DNA of 64,000 nucleotides from a virus. Taxonomy: Duplodnaviria; Caudoviricetes. The position numbers were made by a program, and so were the translations under genes. Below the pieces are notes generated by a model that was not told where the DNA came from, searched no databases, and was given only the letters and a program-made list of their open reading frames with translations. Below are positions 10,363 to 20,311 of the stretch, one piece after another (position 1 is the stretch's first letter; every line of letters starts with the position of its first letter). The stretch lies in the IMG/VR virus record IMGVR_UViG_3300027776_000009; one strand, 5' to 3'.

Positions 10363-12162
10363 ATGCCATTCCCTGTACCGTTTCTTTATCCGTACGATCC
10401 GACGGGTACGCAAGCCTCAAATAAGATCACGGCTGAACACCACGTGGTCACACCGCCTGTGAACAACGCTAAGGCAAACTTCATTGTGCCGACCGCCTCT
10501 CCATTCTTCGGAGACTCCATGGTAGTTCGCACAGGTCCTCTTCCGACCGACCCATTGCTGGTCCGGGGAGTGGATTACGATTTGGTGCTCCAATTCATCG
10601 AAGCATCGAACGTTCTCTATACACAGATTTACGGTGCGATTGTTTTTAACGACCATGGCTTCAATCAGGACGTTTATCTGACCTACCAAACCATGGGGGG
10701 TCCGTACGTTGCCAATGACTACACCTTCGTGGAAAACTTTGACCAGTCCCTTTACCATATCCGGTTGGTTTCATGGACTCAGATCGTAGGATTGACATCC
10801 GGCTTTCCTCCGCTTCCGCACCCTACCCCGGCACCTGATCTGACCGGTATGGCGGAATTGGTTGCCAAGATTGAGCAACTCATTACAGTCATCACGGCGA
10901 ATGGTTCAGTAGCGGGTCTATCTTCCGCATTGACAAACCACTTGTCCACCCTTAGTGGCGCACACGCCCCTAGTGCTGTGGGGCTTGGGAATCTACCCAA
11001 CTACGGTGTCGCAACACTGTCGGAGTTGCTAGCTTGGGCAAACAATAAACTGGTTGTACCAAGCCTGCTGCAAGGGCTCTTGCTTCCTCAGAATCCCACG
11101 GCTGGAAAAATATTAGTGGGAGATGGCGCTGGGTTTGTGCTATCGGATCTTGAGAATGCACAACCTCGCAGCAATGCGTTCATGTACATGAGTACGCTGA
11201 TTGATCTGAAACTCTGGGTGCGCAAGCCTGGACTGAAGATTGAAGGAGTCATGCGTTTCGGTGATGCCGCGTTAAATATTGCTAGCTTAGGGCTCGGGAC
11301 GACCTGGTTGGTCTACGCGTTCTGGACCGGAACTGCGATCCAGCTTGAAGTCAGCACAACAGATTACGCAACTAGCCCGACAGATCCTGATGTCTTTATC
11401 AAGATTGGGGATCCGACTCGTACCTTGGTTGGAATGATTTTCAAGAACGATGATAGCATGTGGCACACCCGTTCCGTCTATGTAGACAACCGGCAATACA
11501 CGGCACTGTTGACTGACCCTTATACCCATCCCGAATGGATTAAGCCCTATGAAGGGAAGAAGTTACCGGCGGATTATCCTTACTGGACAGGAACCAGTTC
11601 CGAGTGGTCAGATCCAACGAGTGTTAGCAACGTTACGGATATGGAAATCCCTGTGCTGATGTTTGCCAACGAAATCGTTCGAGTGCGCTATAACGCTAAC
11701 ATGAACTACAGCACCTTGGGAGAGGGATCTCCCGCTCAGGGCACCTTCGATATTGTTACACAATTGACCACCCCCACGGTTCCTAGAAGCAGTTCTCCGG
11801 AAGTTATTGGTGCTCGCCATACACTCAATCACCCTTACGGCAGCAGTGAGGACACGGTCTACTACACGGAAGCCTCGGGGGTCGTTGAGTTGTATGGTGC
11901 GAATAACTCACGAGTCTGTTACGTTACGATGCGAGCTGCAAAGTCTGTAGATCCTGACGCTGCCGGGAACATGAGTAACTGGAACAGCATCTTTGCATAC
12001 TACGCACCGTCGTCCTATACATGGCTGTATCACAGCTTGGGTTTCAAACGTAACAACGGTGTGTTCGGCTCACCCCTGATCAGTAGCAAGGAACATACCT
12101 ATCTTGCCATTGAGCACGATGTTGAGAGTTTCAACCTGCGGGCGTTTGCTAACCATTTGTGA
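10363..12162 (+). CDS. Virion structural/tail fibre protein (phiKZ gp145/146-like N-terminus)
   Basis: YPYDPTG..SNKI..EHH N-terminal domain, YQTMGG and a HAPSAVGLGNLPNY fibre motif. Confidence 0.75.
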   Translation: MPFPVPFLYPYDPTGTQASNKITAEHHVVTPPVNNAKANFIVPTASPFFGDSMVVRTGPLPTDPLLVRGVDYDLVLQFIEASNVLYTQIYGAIVFNDHGFNQDVYLTYQTMGGPYVANDYTFVENFDQSLYHIRLVSWTQIVGLTSGFPPLPHPTPAPDLTGMAELVAKIEQLITVITANGSVAGLSSALTNHLSTLSGAHAPSAVGLGNLPNYGVATLSELLAWANNKLVVPSLLQGLLLPQNPTAGKILVGDGAGFVLSDLENAQPRSNAFMYMSTLIDLKLWVRKPGLKIEGVMRFGDAALNIASLGLGTTWLVYAFWTGTAIQLEVSTTDYATSPTDPDVFIKIGDPTRTLVGMIFKNDDSMWHTRSVYVDNRQYTALLTDPYTHPEWIKPYEGKKLPADYPYWTGTSSEWSDPTSVSNVTDMEIPVLMFANEIVRVRYNANMNYSTLGEGSPAQGTFDIVTQLTTPTVPRSSSPEVIGARHTLNHPYGSSEDTVYYTEASGVVELYGANNSRVCYVTMRAAKSVDPDAAGNMSNWNSIFAYYAPSSYTWLYHSLGFKRNNGVFGSPLISSKEHTYLAIEHDVESFNLRAFANHL

Positions 12163-12188
12163 TAAGTCGGTTGTAAGGAGTTTTACAC

Positions 12189-14177
12189 ATGCCATTTTCC
12201 CCTTTTGGATACCCCCTGGATTTGACAGGGGTAGCTCCCACAAACGCGATTGTGGGAGATGTCACCACGTTCACCTCACCCGAGACGCGTGCCTTTGTTC
12301 CCTCCGCCGGACCGTTCTATGTCTTCAACATGGTTCTGCGAAACAGCGTCACCGGCATTATCTTAGCACCTAAGGTCGACTATTTGGTAGAGTACTTACT
12401 CCCCGAACCTAGTATGGCCTCAGGTAAGGAGGTCGGCGGTATTATCCGGGTCATTAATACAGACGTCCCTGGTGTTTCCATGGATTATCACGTCATCGGT
12501 GGGTCTTACGGTAATACCGTAACCATGTTACAGACCTACCTGGATGATAACCCCATTCTTCCCATCAATCCTATCTGGGGGGAAATCCCTGACGCCCCTG
12601 TGCAATACCCGCCCGCGGCGCATCTCACTGACATGAAGACAGTGTTTGGACTGGGTCCTCTGGTTAATGTCATTGAGGGGGTCCGGCAGGCACTGCTCAG
12701 CGGGGATCAAGCAGCATGGGGAGCGGTTTACAACTATCTGAACCTCAGGTTAACCGAGGAACATCTCTCCATATTGAGTGATGTAACAGCGCTTCAGCGC
12801 CCTGTCCCCATGGGTCCTGTAGCAGGTCAGGTACTGATGTCGCTTTCCCCGACTCCTGCTACGTACGGCTGGGGGGATTACGTCCCCATTCCTCCGGGGT
12901 CGGCCAAGGTGCTTATCTCTACAGGTACCGCTCGCGGAGACTGGGTGTGGGGAGATCCGTCAGCGGCGTCACTTCCGACACCTCCGACCACCGGTCAGGT
13001 CCTGCGGTCCACGGGCAACATGCCGGGGGATTGGGATTGGTCACCGAGCGGAATCGAACCTCGGTTTGATGTCTTCATGTACGCGGTTGATGAAGACCAT
13101 ATTCGGATTGCGCCTCGTAACGGAGGTTACTTCTGGGTCAATGGGGTTAACCGTCAATTGGTGAACCCTATTACCCTGACGCTAACACTCAGCACGGATA
13201 TGGTGCTGTACTCGGTCTTCCTACAGTGGAACGGAACAGAACTGGTTCCTTACGTTGTTAATGTGCTGAACGCTACGGATACCCCTCGTATGGGGCCTAA
13301 TGGCGTTGTTTGCAGCTACGATACCAACATCGACGTGTATCACTACAACACTGTCTTTGTAGGTCACTATATTCGCATGCCTAACTCGGTTGAGCTGACC
13401 TATCCTAATATGGGGAAGCTCTACGTCCGCAGTTATCACCACGACGCCGGCACCACCGTTGCAGGTTCCATTCTGGAAGGAGCTACCCTGAAGCGCGGTC
13501 CACGACCGTTTTCACGCAATGGAACACGGCTCGATACCGCACTCTATCTGGGGGAGCGTTTGCAAGGTGTTGCAAACGGTGACTGGGGAGTAGGGTGGAA
13601 CTACGGCGAAGTTCCCTATCTGGGTGATAACGGTAATTTAGGAAACCCGCCGTATGACGCGGGTCCTAGTACTGAAATGGTCCTCGGAACGATTGTCTGG
13701 CCCTTTGAACAGATCCGAGTGGCAGGGCATTTCAACTGCTACGCCTCTAACGACGTGGACTCACTCATCGCCTTACGAACATGGGGGTTTGGTCACCACA
13801 CCTCCGGCACCCCCACCATTGGATGGGCAACCATACTGGAACGCGCTGGGTTGGGTTGGGATGACTACGATGGCCACGGCTCACGGATTCATAAAGGATC
13901 TTTAGAAACCGTGTTCTGTACAGACATGGTGTATACGGACTCTGGTGAGGACTATACCGCTAGGCACCATCTGGCGTCTTTCCGAATCTTTGACATGATC
14001 TGGAACGATAAGGTCTACATGCATGGTCAAGGTGATGCCGCATGGAGCGGGTCTGTTAAAGGCGCTGGTGCTTCACGACTCATTGTCCAACCCATCACAC
14101 TGACACGCTGCCTCACAGAAACCACCTGGCCGGGCAACACTGGCTTGGGTCTTGAAATCGGACCCGCTTTCTATTAA
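12189..14177 (+). CDS. Virion structural/tail fibre protein, paralog of 10363-12162
   Basis: YPLDLTG..TN N-terminus, YHVIGG and three GQVL.S.G...W.W repeats. SD AAGGAG. Confidence 0.75.
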   Translation: MPFSPFGYPLDLTGVAPTNAIVGDVTTFTSPETRAFVPSAGPFYVFNMVLRNSVTGIILAPKVDYLVEYLLPEPSMASGKEVGGIIRVINTDVPGVSMDYHVIGGSYGNTVTMLQTYLDDNPILPINPIWGEIPDAPVQYPPAAHLTDMKTVFGLGPLVNVIEGVRQALLSGDQAAWGAVYNYLNLRLTEEHLSILSDVTALQRPVPMGPVAGQVLMSLSPTPATYGWGDYVPIPPGSAKVLISTGTARGDWVWGDPSAASLPTPPTTGQVLRSTGNMPGDWDWSPSGIEPRFDVFMYAVDEDHIRIAPRNGGYFWVNGVNRQLVNPITLTLTLSTDMVLYSVFLQWNGTELVPYVVNVLNATDTPRMGPNGVVCSYDTNIDVYHYNTVFVGHYIRMPNSVELTYPNMGKLYVRSYHHDAGTTVAGSILEGATLKRGPRPFSRNGTRLDTALYLGERLQGVANGDWGVGWNYGEVPYLGDNGNLGNPPYDAGPSTEMVLGTIVWPFEQIRVAGHFNCYASNDVDSLIALRTWGFGHHTSGTPTIGWATILERAGLGWDDYDGHGSRIHKGSLETVFCTDMVYTDSGEDYTARHHLASFRIFDMIWNDKVYMHGQGDAAWSGSVKGAGASRLIVQPITLTRCLTETTWPGNTGLGLEIGPAFY

Positions 14178-14184
14178 TCCACAC

Positions 14185-14218
14185 GGCATATAGGCGGGGT
14201 AATCCCCGCCTATATGCC
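14185..14218. terminator. Bidirectional hairpin that includes GGCATA/TATGCC
   Basis: Perfect 15-bp inverted repeat GGCATATAGGCGGGG-TAAT-CCCCGCCTATATGCC between convergent genes. Confidence 0.8.
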
Positions 14219-14686
14219 CTATACTCCAAAGTACTTCCGAATCATCTTTAGCACCAACTCCCAAATAGCGCCTAACCCATCCCACACGATTCCCTGATGA
14301 TCGTTATGAATATCCGCGTAGGAGATAAACATGATCGTTCCGCCTAGGGCAAGTACCACGGAAACCAACGCGGTAATAAACCCAAAGGTTACGTAGGGAA
14401 GATCTGCTAGCTCTTCTTGCCGCTCATCGGATTGCCGATAGGTATCCAGATACTGGATAAACTCTTGGGTTTCCGGCGTTGAGAGAAGACGTTTCTTCAG
14501 CACCGTCTTACACACCTCTTCATCCAGGCAAGATAGCCAATCGCGGATATCTTCACCTGTCATACTCAGATGTATCGGGGGATTTAGCTTCAGTCCCTCG
14601 TTGAAGCGAGAGACCGCGTAATCTCCGTACTTGATATCGCCAATGCGAATGTCTTCTAAAATCATGGCAATGTTTAACAAGTTCAT
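14219..14686 (-). CDS. Membrane protein (one TM helix plus C-terminal amphipathic helix)
   Basis: Hydrophobic VTFGFITALVSVVLALGGTIMFI. ATGA overlap with ruvC. Confidence 0.7.
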   Translation of the reverse strand: MNLLNIAMILEDIRIGDIKYGDYAVSRFNEGLKLNPPIHLSMTGEDIRDWLSCLDEEVCKTVLKKRLLSTPETQEFIQYLDTYRQSDERQEELADLPYVTFGFITALVSVVLALGGTIMFISYADIHNDHQGIVWDGLGAIWELVLKMIRKYFGV

Positions 14687-15237
14687 GAGAGACGCCTCCT
14701 CAACATCTGAAACGTAGAGTATCCGATAGCGATAGCGTCTACGGCGTGTTCAGTGAGCTCCAGATAATTATCAGGAAGCAGAAGATCGGGAATACGCTGT
14801 AAAGCCGCACGAGTTAAATATTTATCGTTAGCCCCACCTTTTACCCCCACGTCGTTTTTAGCGACGGAAGGTTCGATAAGGTGTAGACGCTGGTGGTCAT
14901 CATAGCGACGTAACGCGGTTCTTGTCGCACCAATGCAGAGCGTTAAGATCTCGTAGGGTTTGGGTTGTTGTTTGAAATACGCACTTTCGCAGCTTACTAA
15001 CCCAGGTTTCCAAGCGTCAAAGAATCGATAGAGTGCGTCTTCTAACTCCCGCAAGCGCTCAACAGTCGGAGGTTCGTCTAAGTCCATACTCAGCGTGCGA
15101 GCACGGTGTATGCGATGCATCCTGAGTGTATACGCATCCAACACACGCATGGTGTCTAAACCCGTATTAAACTCGTATGCACATGCACCGCAAAAACGCG
15201 AGCCCGGATCGATGGACACTGCTCGCACGTAGCGCAT
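14683..15237 (-). CDS. ruvC: RuvC-like Holliday junction resolvase
   Basis: SIDPGS, CES, PSVAK and EHAVDAIAIG catalytic motifs. Confidence 0.85.
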   Translation of the reverse strand: MRYVRAVSIDPGSRFCGACAYEFNTGLDTMRVLDAYTLRMHRIHRARTLSMDLDEPPTVERLRELEDALYRFFDAWKPGLVSCESAYFKQQPKPYEILTLCIGATRTALRRYDDHQRLHLIEPSVAKNDVGVKGGANDKYLTRAALQRIPDLLLPDNYLELTEHAVDAIAIGYSTFQMLRRRLS

Positions 15238-15238
15238 G

Positions 15239-16159
15239 TTAGATGCTCACGCCAAACAGCGGTTCAGAAGTCCCAACATCGATCGGAACACTGAGCCCAC
15301 CCAGGAATGCTTGAAGCGGGTAAATCGTGGTAATGTGTGCTGCAATCTGTACACCGGCGGCTTCGTAATACGTATCCGGAGTGACGGGGGTAGTCACCTG
15401 CGGAGCACCGATATCGTTGGGGTACTTATCTGTCACCGCTTTCTCAACCCCGGTGCAGAGTCCCATTTCGGAGATGACTGCGTAATTGGCGTCTCCGTAA
15501 AACAACGTCACAGCATCGATGATTGCTTGGACTTCAGCAGGGGTAAAGGATACGGTCATGACAGCAGAAACCCGCATGTAGCTACCGTCGTTAGTGGTTC
15601 CGATATCGGGCAATGCCGGACGACGGTCGTTTACAGTCGGTGCAAACGGCGTAGTAACAGAAACTCCACCCGTGACCGTTGTCAGTGTGGTTTCTACAGC
15701 GATGGTGCCTGTATCGATGACTCGACCGAAATAGACGGCGTATAGTACACCGTCCCGATACAAGGTCTTCCGCAGACGGTACTTTTCCCGTTCCAAAGAG
15801 GTGAGATCCGAAGTTACCGGCCGGGCAATAAACGGAATCATCCCATAGAGACCAGAATGCCTGGCTTTATGCGGCAAGGTATCCTGAGTGGGGGGTGAAC
15901 CCACGGGTCCTGTAACGTTGTAGTGCGCTTTGTTACCAATAACCAGATAACGGGTTGTCAGAAACTGGGTGTCGTCAGCGGGATTGTAATCCGCAAAGAC
16001 TTCCATTCCAGCGGTGACTGGTGAAGGTTGGTACGGAACCGCCAGAGGGTCGTTCAACGCTTCTGCTACCGAAGCATTCGTGGGGATGTCGTGATTCAGT
16101 TTCAGCAGCAGTGCGGTTTGCACTTGGCTTCCGTAGACGGAACGGGTAATGGTTTGCAT
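15239..16159 (-). CDS. Virion structural protein (phiKZ gp139-like)
   Basis: TRSVYG N-terminus, IGN, IPF.AR, YRLR and AVISEMGLCTG motifs typical of this phiKZ-like family (recalled). Confidence 0.7.
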   Translation of the reverse strand: MQTITRSVYGSQVQTALLLKLNHDIPTNASVAEALNDPLAVPYQPSPVTAGMEVFADYNPADDTQFLTTRYLVIGNKAHYNVTGPVGSPPTQDTLPHKARHSGLYGMIPFIARPVTSDLTSLEREKYRLRKTLYRDGVLYAVYFGRVIDTGTIAVETTLTTVTGGVSVTTPFAPTVNDRRPALPDIGTTNDGSYMRVSAVMTVSFTPAEVQAIIDAVTLFYGDANYAVISEMGLCTGVEKAVTDKYPNDIGAPQVTTPVTPDTYYEAAGVQIAAHITTIYPLQAFLGGLSVPIDVGTSEPLFGVSI

Positions 16160-16213
16160 AATGAATCCTACAAAGCAGGTGATGGGCTACAAAGAATTAC
16201 GGCTGCATAGTAA

Positions 16214-16249
16214 TTTCTGACAGCATGGAGCTACCCATGCTGTCAGAAA
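16214..16249 (-). terminator. Hairpin after lysis genes
   Basis: 15-bp stem TTTCTGACAGCATGG/CCATGCTGTCAGAAA, followed on the minus strand by TTACTATGC. Confidence 0.65.
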
Positions 16250-16259
16250 GACTCGCGTG

Positions 16260-16514
16260 TTACGGTTTACTTTCGTCGGGGACAGGTTCATCTTTCGCAA
16301 CGACAGCATTACCTTGCTGGATAATGCGCCCCACGAGAATTGCCAGACCGATGTACTTGACCCAGCCTTCCGGCAGATACGCCTGAACAACCGGGAGGTT
16401 TTCTTCCAGCACCTGAAGCACAATCATGATCGTGGTCAGTTGCACGCTGAAATACTTCCAGCTTTGTTTCCAGTCAGAGACCAGTTGAAAAGCGGGAGGA
16501 GTTACCTTAGCCAT
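16260..16514 (-). CDS. Putative holin (84 aa, two TM segments)
   Basis: DWKQSWKYFSVQL...GRIIQQ pattern, two hydrophobic segments, directly downstream of the endolysin. SD GAGG. Confidence 0.65.
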   Translation of the reverse strand: MAKVTPPAFQLVSDWKQSWKYFSVQLTTIMIVLQVLEENLPVVQAYLPEGWVKYIGLAILVGRIIQQGNAVVAKDEPVPDESKP

Positions 16515-16524
16515 AATAACCTCT

Positions 16525-16947
16525 TCAGATAGGAATGGTCTTGAGTTGAAAGTGCATGCCGTCGGGTTTGCTCCAGACACCGCCCCAATCGAAACCTGCG
16601 TCCGTGAAACACTTCACAAACCCCGGAGAGAGCGTAGGTGACTTACCGAAGCCGTTCCATGCCGCGTTGACGTCAATAGCAACCCCCCAAGAATGGAGAG
16701 ACGGACTGGCTCCTCCGCGTTTCTTGCGGATATTGAAGCAACCATCCCACGTACGCAATTCCTTGACAAAACCCGTCCGGATAAGGTTACGAAACGCCTG
16801 CTCCAGCGGCTTCACCATATCCCGGTTGCAGTACACGCGCTTGGGGATCACACCGATTTCCAATTCCGTGGGGACATCCCAAACCGTCATGAACTTCTCG
16901 GTTTCGGGGGATCCGTACTTCTTTTGACACTGAGCTGATGTCAGCAT
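16525..16947 (-). CDS. M15-family (L-Ala-D-Glu type) peptidase, endolysin
   Basis: SLHSWGVAID and DGMHFQ zinc-binding motifs, plus WGGVW. Confidence 0.85.
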   Translation of the reverse strand: MLTSAQCQKKYGSPETEKFMTVWDVPTELEIGVIPKRVYCNRDMVKPLEQAFRNLIRTGFVKELRTWDGCFNIRKKRGGASPSLHSWGVAIDVNAAWNGFGKSPTLSPGFVKCFTDAGFDWGGVWSKPDGMHFQLKTIPI

Positions 16948-16962
16948 GATAAACTCCGTAGG

Positions 16963-19900
16963 TTAAGGAAGTTGACGAACAGCCAACCTGAAATTGGACA
17001 GGGTTAACACCCCGGTGATTTCAACGATAGTCCCTTGAACATTGAATTGATCATTGGGGTCCAGCGTAACGTAACGCGAGAAACTGACTGGGTATTTCGC
17101 GAGCGTATCGGCGCAGTACACCGAGATATCAAACACCTGATCGCCCCCAAAGTCCAAATGAATAATCCCGGTAGCAACCCCTGCGGGGATACTCACCTCG
17201 GCGTATAAGGACACCTCGTAGCGCCGCCGGAAAATCTCCATGGTGTTTGAACGAATGTACGTTCCTGCCCGGGTAAAGCCCTTCCCGTGAGTTTGTGCGG
17301 ACGCTGACGTCATGTCTACCAGTGTGTTCGCCGTGCTTATCGTCACCGTGACATCATTGACATCGTGATACTCCGTCAAGAAGCACTCATTCTCAACATC
17401 GACCGAGTGATCACCCAGATGATCGTAGGCAGCCCCAGCAATGCTGAACATCTTAGCGGGTAGGGGGCTATATGCATCACCGGGGTAGACAGACACATTC
17501 CGCAGCCGGAGTTTTCGTGCAGGGATATTATCATTGGAGGTGTAGATGGCGTCAAAATCAATGACTCCAGCGGGAGGAGAAACTCCGGTGTACCGCACAT
17601 CCATATTGGATAAAGTTAACCGCCCATCGGAATCATTCATGTAAACTGACATGAACGCGGTATCGTTCGCGGTCCCCTGCACCCCATCGACGATAACATC
17701 ACCGTAGGACGTCATGCGTATTGGGTTCGTAATCGTGTTACAGACAATATTCTTGGCAATAATGCCTGCACCACCGGCTAAGTCCAAGGGATCCGTGGTG
17801 TCAAACACGAGGTTCTCAAGTCGCGTATATGCTTGAGACCCCGTGTTAATAACCGCCGGAGAGCTCCCGTCGGCAGAAAGAGTCAGGTCACGAAGAGTCA
17901 GTATTGCGCCCAACGGGGTTGATATGATGGTGCCCGAGGTGCTTCGAATAACCGCATTTGGAAGCCCCATGATTTCCACCCGCTGACCAGATACAGAGTT
18001 GCACCGAAGCATCTCGATACCTAGATTGACATCGCCAACAACCAAATACTTACCCGGCTCAACCAACCACGTGTTTGTGTCGACCAGATTGGTCGAGAAA
18101 TCACCCAACCGCCTCACCAATTTTACATTTGGGTAAAGGCGTTTCAGGGCGCCGTATAACGGGTTCAGTTGGACGTAATTCTGATAACCCGCACTGACGG
18201 CTCCGCTGGAGTCGTACTTTACGTTAGCCAAATCTTCGTAGTAGTTGACTTCAATACACGGAAGACTTGGATCGGTTCTTGGTAACAGCAACCCACTCGG
18301 ATTTCCAGCCCCTAACTCGATTGCTGAGTTATCAGCAATATCAATAACGACGGCTGACGTCATGGGGTCCAAAGAATTTCTCTGGAACTCCGCCACAATG
18401 TAGTTGTCATGCCCTATGCGTATTCGTCCGCCAGTGTCCGCGTTGACGCCATTATTGAAGAAAATGGAGCAGTTTTCGTGTACTCGCAAGCAGTCGCTTA
18501 CAACATCACCTCCAGCCCAGGCTGCGGTCACTGTCGCCCCTATGTTTACCATGGGTGAAAAGGCATCAGCATTGTATCGCAGTTCGCCAACAAAGGAATC
18601 CAGCATCAAGCCATCTACCTTGCAATCGAACCAGAAATGCGACAGCCCAACCCCCCATTGAAAACTGCTGTGGGGGGTAACTGGGTGCGTGTAGGCGCGA
18701 TATGTGGACAAAGTAATGTTGTTGGCAAACAACGCGTAAACCTTGTTGGGCGTTATATAACCAAGGTTGGCACGAGTCAGCGATAGTTCCCCATACTGAC
18801 CGGTAAAACCGCGATCATCAAGAACCAGTCTCTTCTTAAGAGAGGGGGGTAATGTGATCAGGTACTCATACGCTGCATCGAATGTCGCAAAAGAAGCGGA
18901 GGCCGGAAGAGCTTGCTGAGGACTAACGGTGTGACAATACACCACGACTTCGCTCGTGCTTTGCTGTGCACGTTGTGCAAGAGTGGTTACGCCGGCGATG
19001 GCTGCGTTCAGGTTCTGCTCTATGGTTTGCTGACTGCTTAGCAATTCCGCAGATACAGCATCCTCGTCCATGTACAGCGTAAATGAAGGAGTACCCGTCA
19101 CGCTGTCAATATAGACAATTGCACTATCCCCTACCGTGTGCCCATAAGGCATTGGTAAGATCAGTGGCGTAAAGAGAGGGTCCAGCCACGTTTTCAGCAG
19201 CATTCCTTGGGCGACATTAGGTGGGAAAACCGCGTGGGTAACAATATCAACCGCTGGCTGAATCGGCTGCCCTGGAAAGTAGTTATCCCAGTTTGGCTGA
19301 GTCAACCCTGCGGTTCCCGCAGTTGTGCCAGAAACCGCATAGCTAGGCGCGTCAAGCGTCAGCCGCGGAGTTATCCCGATAGGCTCGTACCCGTTTCCAA
19401 CATCTAGCGTAACTACGACGTAGAACACTGCCAGCTCTGGATTAACGGGTCCGTCCGTATAGATGTTCGTGGTAACAATATCGTGCTGGGTGTTATCGGG
19501 TGACACGCTGACTGCTGCGAACGAGAGCTCGTTTGTCGTACGACCCACAACAAGCAGTGTCTTACGCCCCAACTCAACTGCCAGATTCTGCGTACTGATG
19601 TTGTGATAAATCTGCGATCCACCACCCGGATAAGGGAAGGAGTTGTCAGCAATCGAAGTATCAAGCGTTGTCTGTTGGTTTTGTCCGAATGCAGTATCAG
19701 TAATGAGTGCCGATATACCCCCAACCCCTGCTCCCGTGTAAGCATCGCGTAATGCAGTAGCGGAGTATGACGCTGGAGCAAGCATCATACCGACTTGATA
19801 GACTGCGCCGTTTGGTGCTGTGGTAATCTCCCATCCAAAACGAAATGTTTTGGATGCAGTAATGAAATCTGTAACAAGATCTGTTTTGACAACCCCGAAA

Positions 19901-20235
19901 CCGGCTGATCCATACCCCAGGGACGGTTCGGCTCCGGTCACATCAAACACGAACTCACCAGTCTGGCCGTCAACAATAATATCGACGCTATCAATGACAG
20001 ATGCTGTTAAAATCGTTGTGTTAATAGTGGGAGTAATGTCCCACAGAGGAATGGTCTGACTACCTCCTCCTCCTCCTCCGGTGCCTAACTCAACAATACT
20101 TTCAACACCGTTGTCCTTCTTGATAAACATTTTACCATCATAGGTATTGATGGCTACTTCACCCAAGGCAATATCCCCAACGGTGGGAATTTTTCCGGGG
20201 ACTGAACTACGCTTTAAACGAACGGGGGTTGCCAT
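16963..20235 (-). CDS. Large fibre/adhesin (1090 aa) with Mtd_N-like N-terminal domain and C-terminal beta-helix-like region
   Basis: N-terminus VRLKRS...LGEVAINTYDGKMFI, a Gly6 linker and periodic LTLRDL/TRLENL/LTLSNM/LRLRNV beta-helix rungs. Confidence 0.75.
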   Translation of the reverse strand: MATPVRLKRSSVPGKIPTVGDIALGEVAINTYDGKMFIKKDNGVESIVELGTGGGGGGSQTIPLWDITPTINTTILTASVIDSVDIIVDGQTGEFVFDVTGAEPSLGYGSAGFGVVKTDLVTDFITASKTFRFGWEITTAPNGAVYQVGMMLAPASYSATALRDAYTGAGVGGISALITDTAFGQNQQTTLDTSIADNSFPYPGGGSQIYHNISTQNLAVELGRKTLLVVGRTTNELSFAAVSVSPDNTQHDIVTTNIYTDGPVNPELAVFYVVVTLDVGNGYEPIGITPRLTLDAPSYAVSGTTAGTAGLTQPNWDNYFPGQPIQPAVDIVTHAVFPPNVAQGMLLKTWLDPLFTPLILPMPYGHTVGDSAIVYIDSVTGTPSFTLYMDEDAVSAELLSSQQTIEQNLNAAIAGVTTLAQRAQQSTSEVVVYCHTVSPQQALPASASFATFDAAYEYLITLPPSLKKRLVLDDRGFTGQYGELSLTRANLGYITPNKVYALFANNITLSTYRAYTHPVTPHSSFQWGVGLSHFWFDCKVDGLMLDSFVGELRYNADAFSPMVNIGATVTAAWAGGDVVSDCLRVHENCSIFFNNGVNADTGGRIRIGHDNYIVAEFQRNSLDPMTSAVVIDIADNSAIELGAGNPSGLLLPRTDPSLPCIEVNYYEDLANVKYDSSGAVSAGYQNYVQLNPLYGALKRLYPNVKLVRRLGDFSTNLVDTNTWLVEPGKYLVVGDVNLGIEMLRCNSVSGQRVEIMGLPNAVIRSTSGTIISTPLGAILTLRDLTLSADGSSPAVINTGSQAYTRLENLVFDTTDPLDLAGGAGIIAKNIVCNTITNPIRMTSYGDVIVDGVQGTANDTAFMSVYMNDSDGRLTLSNMDVRYTGVSPPAGVIDFDAIYTSNDNIPARKLRLRNVSVYPGDAYSPLPAKMFSIAGAAYDHLGDHSVDVENECFLTEYHDVNDVTVTISTANTLVDMTSASAQTHGKGFTRAGTYIRSNTMEIFRRRYEVSLYAEVSIPAGVATGIIHLDFGGDQVFDISVYCADTLAKYPVSFSRYVTLDPNDQFNVQGTIVEITGVLTLSNFRLAVRQLP

Positions 20236-20263
20236 ATGGCTGACTCCTGGCTATTTAGCCGTC

Positions 20264-20298
20264 AAAAAATCCAGAGGGTGGCTGGGCCACCCTCTGGA
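20264..20298 (-). terminator. Intrinsic terminator between shaft and tip genes
   Basis: 13-bp stem TCCAGAGGGTGGC/GCCACCCTCTGGA followed by TTTTTT on the minus strand. Confidence 0.8.
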
Positions 20299-20311
20299 CA
20301 CGTGTAAAGGG

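Noticed and set aside
20063-20079. (CCT)n microsatellite as a phase-variation site
   Set aside because: It is an in-frame triplet repeat encoding a Gly linker, so slippage would not shift the frame.
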